64,000 nucleotides of DNA, from assembly GCA_043744805.1 (NCBI GenBank), contig JAYTTZ010000113.1, positions 8,082 through 72,081 of the forward strand, given 5' to 3'. The notes below the pieces were generated by a model that was not told the DNA's origin, searched no databases, and was given only the letters and a program-made list of their open reading frames with translations. This DNA comes from Gammaproteobacteria bacterium. Its GTDB lineage: Bacteria; Pseudomonadota; Gammaproteobacteria; Ga0077536. Position numbers and translations under genes: made by a program. Each line of letters opens with the position of its first letter. Within the stretch, counting starts at the first letter, position 1. Positions 55,768 to 64,000 of the stretch are shown piece after piece.

Positions 55768-55977
55768 CGCCTCTTACTCCATCGGACATTGGTGGGGCCT
55801 GCATTTACAGGCAATGCAAACAGGGCGGCAGTGTAATGGACATACTTGAGCGTATGGAAGGTAAGTCCGGGGCTCTGATCGGATGCGGCGCTGCGCCATT
55901 TGTGGGCCGGTTCCAAGCCGGGCAGCGCACACTAGAATGTCCGGACTTAATGGGACGTTAACCGGGGGACTTCGACC

Positions 55978-56958
55978 ATGGCCTTGAGCAAGATCCAGAC
56001 GACGACAGGAACCGTCCTGCCAGGAGACCTCGGCCGCACCCTGGTCCACGAACACGTCCTGGTCGGCTATCCCGGCTGGGAACTCGACGCCCGGGCGCCG
56101 AAGTTCAAGCGCGACGAGGCCATGGTGCGCGCGGTCGACCAGATGCAGGAACTGCAGGGCCATGGCGTGGGGACTTTCCTCGATCCCTGCCCGATGGATC
56201 TGGGGCGCGACGTGGAATTCCTGGCCGAGCTTTCGCAGAAGAGCGGCATGCGCATCATCTGCACCACGGGCATGTATTTCGAGGCTGAGGGCAACACCTA
56301 TACCTTCCGCCACCTGCCGCTGGAAGAAATCACCGCCATCTACGTGCAGGAGCTTGAGGACGGCATCGGTGATACCGGCATCAAGGCCGGGGCCATCAAG
56401 ATGGCAACGGGTGCCAATACCGTGAGCGCCTACGAACGGAAGATGGTCACCGCCGCCGCACGGGCCGCGAAGATCACCGGCGCCCCGCTCATCTCCCACA
56501 CCCAGAACGCCACCTGCGGCCACGACCAGATTGATCTGGTCACCGGCGAAGGGGTGCCAGCCGGCCAGTTGCTGGTGGGCCATTCCGACGGCACCGCGGA
56601 TTTCGAGTACCAGAAGTCGCTGGCCGAGCGCGGCGCCTACGTGGGTTTCGATCGCTTCGGCATTTCCATGTTTCAGCCAGATGAAGTCCGCATCGACAAC
56701 CTCATGAAGCTGCGCGATGCCGGCCATCTTGAACGCATCCTCATCTCACACGACTCCATCGTCTGCTGGAAAGGACGTCCGGTGCCCTATGCCAACCACT
56801 TCGATGACCTGCTGGCGATGCTGCCCGATTGGCGTTCCACGCATATCTTCAAGAAAATCCTGCCGCAATTGCGTGATCGGGGCTTGACCGAACCGGAAAT
56901 CGAAACCCTCCTCGTCGACAACCCACGCCGCTGGCTGACCGCCGGCTTGAGCCACTAA
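55978..56958 (+). CDS. Phosphotriesterase-family (PTE/PHP, amidohydrolase-fold) hydrolase
   Basis: GRTLVHEHVL (the HxH metal site), a later IKMATG-type region, SHTQN and the HSDG His ligands, as in PTE-like lactonases/PHP proteins. Confidence 0.85.
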   Translation: MALSKIQTTTGTVLPGDLGRTLVHEHVLVGYPGWELDARAPKFKRDEAMVRAVDQMQELQGHGVGTFLDPCPMDLGRDVEFLAELSQKSGMRIICTTGMYFEAEGNTYTFRHLPLEEITAIYVQELEDGIGDTGIKAGAIKMATGANTVSAYERKMVTAAARAAKITGAPLISHTQNATCGHDQIDLVTGEGVPAGQLLVGHSDGTADFEYQKSLAERGAYVGFDRFGISMFQPDEVRIDNLMKLRDAGHLERILISHDSIVCWKGRPVPYANHFDDLLAMLPDWRSTHIFKKILPQLRDRGLTEPEIETLLVDNPRRWLTAGLSH

Positions 56959-56969
56959 AAGGATCTCCC

Positions 56970-57653
56970 ATGAGCAAGGAACGATATTTCGACGACGCCC
57001 AACTGCGCGAGATGGGCAAGCGCTCGCTGGACCGCGTGATCGAGGAGATCGACGCCGGTAATGCGGACGAGGCCAAACGCATCGCCCACCGCATGTACGG
57101 TGAGTTCGTCGCCATGCACGATCTCTACCGCGATTGGGTCACGGCCACGATGAGCGAAGTCGGCAAGCGCTACGGCGACGAAGCCCTGGAGGAAATCATG
57201 ACCGCCAGCCTCGACGCCTGGTGGACGCCGATGGCGGAAAAAATAGATCTCAAGTCGAGCAACTTCGTGCGCAAGGTCAAGATGTTCGTGGCGGGGCTCC
57301 GTGGGCACCTGCAGCCCCTGGACATCAAGGAAGACGACGAGAAGATCGAGATCCGCATGATGCCCTGTGGCAGCGGCGGCCGGCAGATCGCGGCAGGCAA
57401 ATACGCAGGCCCCAATGGCTTCCTCAAAGTCGCCAAGCCCCAGCGCATGACCTACGGACGTCCGGACCTCCCGGTGTACTGCACACACGAGATCGCCATG
57501 GAGCGGCTGGACGTGCTGCGCGATGGCCATCCCTTCGTCATCACCGAGCCTGCTGCCGAACTGGGTACCGGTTACTGCGTACTCAAGATCTACAAGGATC
57601 CGAAGGACATTCCGGCGAAGTACTACGAGCGGCTGGGGCTGACCAAGCCCTGA
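56970..57653 (+). CDS. Hypothetical protein with three Cys motifs (MPCGSGG, VYCTHE, GYCV)
   Basis: 227 aa. RBS AAAGGA. Helical N-terminal half. The Cys spacing in the C-terminal half is vaguely like ATC-hydrolase-type proteins, but that match is not secure. Confidence 0.55.
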   Translation: MSKERYFDDAQLREMGKRSLDRVIEEIDAGNADEAKRIAHRMYGEFVAMHDLYRDWVTATMSEVGKRYGDEALEEIMTASLDAWWTPMAEKIDLKSSNFVRKVKMFVAGLRGHLQPLDIKEDDEKIEIRMMPCGSGGRQIAAGKYAGPNGFLKVAKPQRMTYGRPDLPVYCTHEIAMERLDVLRDGHPFVITEPAAELGTGYCVLKIYKDPKDIPAKYYERLGLTKP

Positions 57654-57803
57654 GCGTGTCGGAAGGCGGGAGTCGTTGGGCCCGCCGTCCTTGGGAACAC
57701 GCGCAATCGGCGCGGCGACGCCGGTTGCCCCTCTACTGCGGGCCCCGTCATCAATGCGGCGCTTGGGTGTCGCCACCTCCCGGCCCGGCTACACTCCAAG
57801 CCC

Positions 57804-59039
57804 ATGAGCGTGCACGCCCCCACCGCCCCCGAGAACGCGTTCTCCCACGACGCCCGGGTGATCGGCTGCGTAGGCGCGGCCCACCTGACGAGCCATTTCT
57901 TCCAGCTCATCCTCGCACCGCTTTTCCCTTTCCTGCGCGATGACTTCGGCTACAGCTTTTCCGCACTGGGATTCGTGATGACGGTGGTGTTCATCGCCTC
58001 GGCCGTGGCGCAGGCGCTGGCGGGTTTCGTAGTCGATCGGCATGGTCCCGGCGTGACCCTGGCCGGCGGACTTGCGTTGTTTGCGCTGGCGGCGCTTTGC
58101 CTTGCCAACAGCCACGGTTACGCCAGTCTGCTCGTCGGGGCGGTCCTTATCGGCATGGGCAACGGTGTATTCCATCCCGTCGATTTCTCGCTGTTGAACC
58201 AGCACGTGAGTACCGCACGTCTCGGCCCTGCGTACTCGGTCCATGGCTTGACCGGCAGCCTCGGCTGGGCCTTCGCACCCGTGTTTCTGGTCGGTATCGC
58301 CACGCCCTTCGGCTGGCGTACGGCCCTGTTGGCGGCCGCCACCTTGCCGCTGCTGGTGGGCGCCTTGCTGTGGACCCATCGACACAATTTCCTGTTTACC
58401 CATCAGGCGCCAGTCCACGTGGTGACCACCGACGCGCCTTCCGCGCTGTCTTTCCTGCGTCTGCCCACCCTCTGGTGGTGCTTCGCTTTCTTCGGCATCG
58501 TCGCGCTGGCCGCCAGCGGCGTGCAGAATTTCGCGCCCAGCATTTTCCAGCACCTCTACGACCTTGGCGTCCCTGCGGCGGCCATGAGTATCACGGTGTT
58601 CATGCTGGCCAGCGCCACCGGCATGCTGGCGGGCGGTTGGCTGGTGATGCGGCAGAAGCGCCTCGAACGCAATATCACCCTGGCTTTCGGGCTATCGGTG
58701 GTGAGCGCGATGGTCATCGGCTCGGGCCATGCCCCGCTCGCCGTGACCTGGATTGCGATTGCAGTGATGGGATTCGGCAGCGGTCTGTCAGGGCCTTCGC
58801 GGGACATGCTCATCCGTTCGGCGGCGCCGAAGGGCGCTACCGGGCGGGTTTACGGCGTGGTGTATTCGGGGCTCGACATCGGGATTGCCGGCGGGCCGTT
58901 GCTGTTCGGCCGCATGCTCGACAGTGGCCACTACAACGAAGTGTTCGTCGGCATCGGGCTGTGCCTGCTGCTGGCGATGTGGACCGCCTGGCAAGTGGCG
59001 GCTCGCACTACCGCTGCGCTCGCCGCGGCAGTCCGCTGA
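57804..59039 (+). CDS. MFS transporter
   Basis: 411 aa with about 12 hydrophobic segments and an MFS-like loop motif (GFVVDRHGPG). Confidence 0.8.
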   Translation: MSVHAPTAPENAFSHDARVIGCVGAAHLTSHFFQLILAPLFPFLRDDFGYSFSALGFVMTVVFIASAVAQALAGFVVDRHGPGVTLAGGLALFALAALCLANSHGYASLLVGAVLIGMGNGVFHPVDFSLLNQHVSTARLGPAYSVHGLTGSLGWAFAPVFLVGIATPFGWRTALLAAATLPLLVGALLWTHRHNFLFTHQAPVHVVTTDAPSALSFLRLPTLWWCFAFFGIVALAASGVQNFAPSIFQHLYDLGVPAAAMSITVFMLASATGMLAGGWLVMRQKRLERNITLAFGLSVVSAMVIGSGHAPLAVTWIAIAVMGFGSGLSGPSRDMLIRSAAPKGATGRVYGVVYSGLDIGIAGGPLLFGRMLDSGHYNEVFVGIGLCLLLAMWTAWQVAARTTAALAAAVR

Positions 59040-60631
<1,592 letters not shown>

Positions 60632-60635
<4 letters not shown>

Positions 60636-61126
60636 GGTGTGGCTTTCAGGTAGTTTTCCAGCGCATCGATCGCGATGTCGCCGGATTTGAAGGCCACCAG
60701 CTTGCGCTCGGGATTGAAGATCATGTAGGTCGGCGTGCCGGTGAACGGGTCACCTGTAGCGGCTTCGAACATGCGGGCCATGACCTCGCTGTCCGCCACG
60801 ACGGTCGGGTAGCTGAACAGCTTCTTGCCGACGTAGGCCTGGACGGTAGCCAGTTCTTCCGGCCCATCCAGCGAGACCCCGAGCACCACGGCGTCCTTGC
60901 CCTGATGCGCGTCGTGGAAGCTCGAGATCACGGGATACTGTCGGCGGCAGACGTTGCAGTAGGTGGTCCACATCACCACCACGGTCCAGTGGCCGGCGCT
61001 GATGTGTTCGGCGAAGGTCGAGGCCTTGCCGTCCAGCGTGGTGACTGCAATGCCGGTGGCAGCGGCCTGTGCCGACAGGCAGAGGCCGAGGAGACCGGTA
61101 AGAATCTTTGTGCGCAGGGAGGACAT
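60632..61126 (-). CDS. Exported thioredoxin-fold thiol:disulfide oxidoreductase (TlpA/ResA-like)
   Basis: Signal peptide MSSLRTKILTGLLGLCLSAQA. Active site WTTYCNVC. Its stop overlaps the selO ATG (ATGA at 60632-60635). Confidence 0.8.
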
Positions 61127-61146
61127 TCGCAGGGTCCCGGCCCGCG

Positions 61147-62079
61147 TCACGCCAACTGCGCCTTGAGCCACGCCGCCGCGTCGTCGAGCGAACGCTTGCC
61201 GTCGTCGAGCTTCGCCCCCATGCGTGAGAAGCCGTGGATCATGCCGTCATAGCAGCGGTAGTCCGCCGCCACACCCGCCGCCCGCAGGGCTTGCGCGTAA
61301 GCCAGGCCTTCGTCTCGCAAAGGATCGAATTCCGCCGTTGTCACCAGCGCGGGCGGCAGTTTCGCGAGGCTGGCCGCGCGGAGCGGTGAGACCCTGGGGT
61401 TCAGTCGGTCGGCGCGGTCTGGCACATACCAGTTGACGAACATTTCCATTGCCGTGCTGGTCAGCAGGTAGCCGCTGCCGTTTTCGCGCATCGAGGCCGT
61501 GTCGCCGGCGAAGTCCACCGAGGGGTACACCAGCAACTGGGCGCGCAGGAAATGTTCTCCTGCCTCACGAAGTTCGATGGCGACCAGCGTGGCGAGGCTG
61601 CCGCCGGCGGAGTCGCCGCCCACGGCAATCCTGCCGGCGTCCACGCCGAGCTCGCCGGCGCGGCGATGGATCTCGCGGGTCGCCGCCAGGCAGTCCTCCA
61701 GCGCAGCGGGGAAGGCGTGTTCGGGGGCAAGGCGGTAATCGATGGCAATCACCACGCAGCCGCCGGCCAGTGCGAGGTGGCGGCAGAGATGGTCGTGGGT
61801 TTCGAGGTTGCCCGCCGCCCAGCCACCGCCGTGGAAGTAGGCGAGGGTAGGGGCGGGTGTCGCCTGGCGCTTGGCCTGGTAGAGCCGGGCGGGCAGCGCG
61901 CCGCCGGGGCCGGCGAGCAGCAGATTTTCGACGCGTGCGAGTGGGCCCGGGTCATAGACGAAGTTCGCCGTGCCGGCTGCATAGGCCTGGCGGATGGCGG
62001 AGGCGTCACCAGCCCCGAACGGGGAACCGGCCTTGGCGGCAGCCTCGCACAAGGCGGCGCATTGTGGATGAAGGGGCAT
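61147..62079 (-). CDS. Alpha/beta hydrolase, HSL-type esterase/lipase
   Basis: Oxyanion motif HGGGW, nucleophile GDSAGG, and a C-terminal DPLRDEG...HGF. Confidence 0.8.
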   Translation of the reverse strand: MPLHPQCAALCEAAAKAGSPFGAGDASAIRQAYAAGTANFVYDPGPLARVENLLLAGPGGALPARLYQAKRQATPAPTLAYFHGGGWAAGNLETHDHLCRHLALAGGCVVIAIDYRLAPEHAFPAALEDCLAATREIHRRAGELGVDAGRIAVGGDSAGGSLATLVAIELREAGEHFLRAQLLVYPSVDFAGDTASMRENGSGYLLTSTAMEMFVNWYVPDRADRLNPRVSPLRAASLAKLPPALVTTAEFDPLRDEGLAYAQALRAAGVAADYRCYDGMIHGFSRMGAKLDDGKRSLDDAAAWLKAQLA

Positions 62080-62133
62080 GGGGACTCCGGCGCTTGGAAA
62101 GTGGCCCTACGATAGCCGCGCGCTGACCGAAAG

Positions 62134-63378
62134 TCATAAGGCGGGGGACTTCTCCAGCGGTGGGGGGAATCTGTCCATCAAGCGCAACTCCGGAAAGAGC
62201 CGGATGCAGGTGGCCACCACCACGAGGGTCGCGGCACCCCCCAGCAGCACCGCAGGCACGAGACCCATCAGGCGGGCGGTCACGCCGGATTCAAACTCGC
62301 CGAGTTCGTTCGATGAGCCGATGAACACTGAATTCACCGCGCTGACCCGGCCGCGAATCGCGTCCGGCGTCTGCAACTGCACCAGCATGTGCCGGATGTA
62401 GATGCTGATCATGTCGCCGGCGCCAAGGCAGGCGAGAGCGACCAGGGACAGCCGCATATCGGTGGAGGCGCCAAAGACGAGGGTTGAGATCCCGAACACC
62501 GCGACCCCGCCGAACATCCACCGCCCGACGTGCCGGGTGATGGGCTTGAACGCGAGCAGGCTCGCCATGGCCACCGCGCCGAGTCCCGGGGAAGCACGCA
62601 GCAGGCCCAGACCCACGGGGCCCACGTGCAGGACATCGGCGGCAAACACGGGGAGCAGCGCCGTCGCGCCGCCAAACAGCACGGCAAAAAGGTCCAGCGA
62701 AATGGCGCCCAGCACGCTGCGCTGGCGGACTACGAAACGCAGTCCCTCAAGCGCTTCCGAGCGTTGCCAGCTGGCCCGGCCGCTGACCGGCAGTGGCGTG
62801 ATGGCGAGCACCAGGGCGGTGGCGATGAGCAGTAAGCCGACGACGCTGCCGTAAACCACGTCCGGTCCCCAGAGGTAAAGGAGGCCGCCAATGCCCGGCC
62901 CGCTGATGGCGGCCGTCTGGTAGAGCGCGCCGTTGACCGCAATGGCACTCGGGAAGACCTCCGGTGGTACGAGCTTGGGGGTGATCGCCTGGCCGGCGGG
63001 CATCCAGAACGCACGCCCGGCGCCAAAGAACGCCATCGCCACGTACATCGCCCACACGTGATGGCCGCCTGACCACACCAGCCAGAGCAGTACCGCCGCG
63101 CTGACCACTTCGCACAGATAGGCGCCCACCAGCACAAGGCGCCGGTCGGCCATGTCGGCGATTTGTCCTGCCGGCAGGACCAGCGCCACGAATGGCAGGA
63201 ATTGCGCGAGGCCGGCGAAGCCGAGCGCCAGGGGATCATGGGTGAGGTCGTAGAGTTGCCAGCCTGCCGCCACCGTGAGCATCTGCCAGGCCAGGGTGGC
63301 GGCGAACCGCGCGCCGGCGTAGAGCGCGAAGTTACGGTAGCGCAGTGCCTGGAGGAACTGCGGCAGGCGCCGGCTCAC
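62134..63378 (-). CDS. MFS transporter (EntS/DUF894-like)
   Basis: LRYRNFALYAGARFAATLAWQM at the N-terminus and a polytopic profile. I prefer the GTG start at 63376-63378, which overlaps the upstream stop as GTGA. Confidence 0.75.
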   Translation of the reverse strand: MSRRLPQFLQALRYRNFALYAGARFAATLAWQMLTVAAGWQLYDLTHDPLALGFAGLAQFLPFVALVLPAGQIADMADRRLVLVGAYLCEVVSAAVLLWLVWSGGHHVWAMYVAMAFFGAGRAFWMPAGQAITPKLVPPEVFPSAIAVNGALYQTAAISGPGIGGLLYLWGPDVVYGSVVGLLLIATALVLAITPLPVSGRASWQRSEALEGLRFVVRQRSVLGAISLDLFAVLFGGATALLPVFAADVLHVGPVGLGLLRASPGLGAVAMASLLAFKPITRHVGRWMFGGVAVFGISTLVFGASTDMRLSLVALACLGAGDMISIYIRHMLVQLQTPDAIRGRVSAVNSVFIGSSNELGEFESGVTARLMGLVPAVLLGGAATLVVVATCIRLFPELRLMDRFPPPLEKSPAL

Positions 63379-63863
63379 GGCTGGGCGCGGATCGCTTCGT
63401 GCAGGAGGTCCAGCGCGGCGCGGGTATAGCCCCACATATTGGGTTCACGGGCGTCGCCAGAGTTTTCGATGTGTCGCACCCGCCGTACCGGACCGTCGAC
63501 CACCAGCCAGCACACGCCAGCGGGGATCCCATAGCGCGAACCCGTGGGCCCGGTGGTGCCAATCTCGGCCACCGACCACGTGGCACCCAGCTTCTCGCGA
63601 ATGGCCACCGCACAGCGGGTGACGTAGTCCTCGCTCAGTGGCAGCAAATGGCGGACCTCGTCATCCGGGATGTCGAGCAGGATGCGGCGCGCTTCGCGGG
63701 TGTAGATCACGCCGCCGCCGAGGAAGTAGGCGGAAGCGCCCGGAATCGACAGCAGTGCGGCGGAGATGAGCCCGCCGGCGGAGGATTCGGAAACGGCCAC
63801 GGTCTGTTCGCGCGATTTGAGTTCAGCCGCGACTTCGGTCGCCAGCGTCGTTAGCATGTCCAT
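63375..63863 (-). CDS. CinA C-terminal-domain protein / nicotinamide-nucleotide amidohydrolase (PncC-like)
   Basis: VAVSESSAGGLISAALLSIPGASAYFLGGGVIY is the CinA/PncC signature. Internal ATG at 63861-63863. Confidence 0.8.
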   Translation of the reverse strand: MDMLTTLATEVAAELKSREQTVAVSESSAGGLISAALLSIPGASAYFLGGGVIYTREARRILLDIPDDEVRHLLPLSEDYVTRCAVAIREKLGATWSVAEIGTTGPTGSRYGIPAGVCWLVVDGPVRRVRHIENSGDAREPNMWGYTRAALDLLHEAIRAQP

Positions 63864-63928
63864 GTTGCCCGTACTCCTTCGGCGTGACGAAAGCATTGGA
63901 GAGTAAGTTGGAACGCACGATTGCTCAA

Positions 63929-64000
63929 ATGCGTGCCTGGCGCTGTGCGGCCTTCGGGGACTACCACCAACTGCGCATCGAAGACGTGGCGATGCCCCAG
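63929..64000 (+). CDS. Start of a probable MDR-family NAD(P)H:quinone oxidoreductase / Zn-alcohol-dehydrogenase-like gene (3'-truncated by the window)
   Basis: Only 24 codons are visible: MRAWRCAAFGDYHQLRIEDVAMPQ. This is the typical N-terminal strand pattern of quinone oxidoreductases. Confidence 0.4.
   Translation, partial: MRAWRCAAFGDYHQLRIEDVAMPQ

Noticed and set aside
55862-55949. A long-range inverted repeat, TAAGTCCGG...CCGGACTTA with inner GCGCTGC...GCAGCGC, in the korC/PTE divergent region. Also TGCATT-N7-AATGCA at 55800-55818.
   Set aside because: The arms are short and the spacers long and unpaired. This could be chance in 210 nt. It is worth a look only if transcript mapping shows a structured 5'-UTR.

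Overview
This is a high-GC, strongly GC3-biased proteobacterial chromosomal window. The gene content suggests a betaproteobacterium of the Azoarcus/Thauera/Aromatoleum (Rhodocyclales) type, but that is inference only. The supporting genes are xseB-ispA, parE-parC, a three-gene korC-korA-korB 2-oxoglutarate oxidoreductase and an AOR-family pterin enzyme. I support about 65 protein-coding genes. They fall into three groups. Housekeeping: ampG, hrpA, hslR, moaB, mazG, folE2, ispA, xseB, parE, parC, dinB, recQ, mtgA, selO. Two acyl-CoA/beta-oxidation-like accessory clusters lie at about 27.2-32.7 kb and 45.0-50.1 kb. Redox modules: rubrerythrin plus an HdrD-like protein plus DUF3501, an AOR with a polyferredoxin and a MoaD-like protein, and korCAB. 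I recognised no rRNA, tRNA, CRISPR array, transposase, integrase or phage gene. I also did not find a clear multi-gene system of wholly unknown function, such as a defence island. The most unusual places are: (1) a visibly less GC-rich, ORF-poor patch at 32.7-35.6 kb holding an orphan Zn-ribbon SAM-methyltransferase and apparently broken secreted-protein or lipoprotein genes; (2) directly beside it, a compact AOR-family module with its own MoaD-like GG protein but no FAD subunit, a repeat-rich divergent control region, a small coupled ORF and a Cys-less rhodanese; (3) a PP2C phosphatase-TM-FGE/SUMF1 fusion; (4) an elaborate nested palindrome upstream of a rubrerythrin gene; (5) a 40-aa PhnA-type zinc-ribbon ORF missing from the ORF track; (6) two decayed crotonase genes. 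All functional calls come from reading motifs in the translated ORFs by eye. No database search was run. Many long Arg/Ala/Pro-rich ORFs in the track are antisense or out-of-frame artefacts of the high GC content and are not reported as features.
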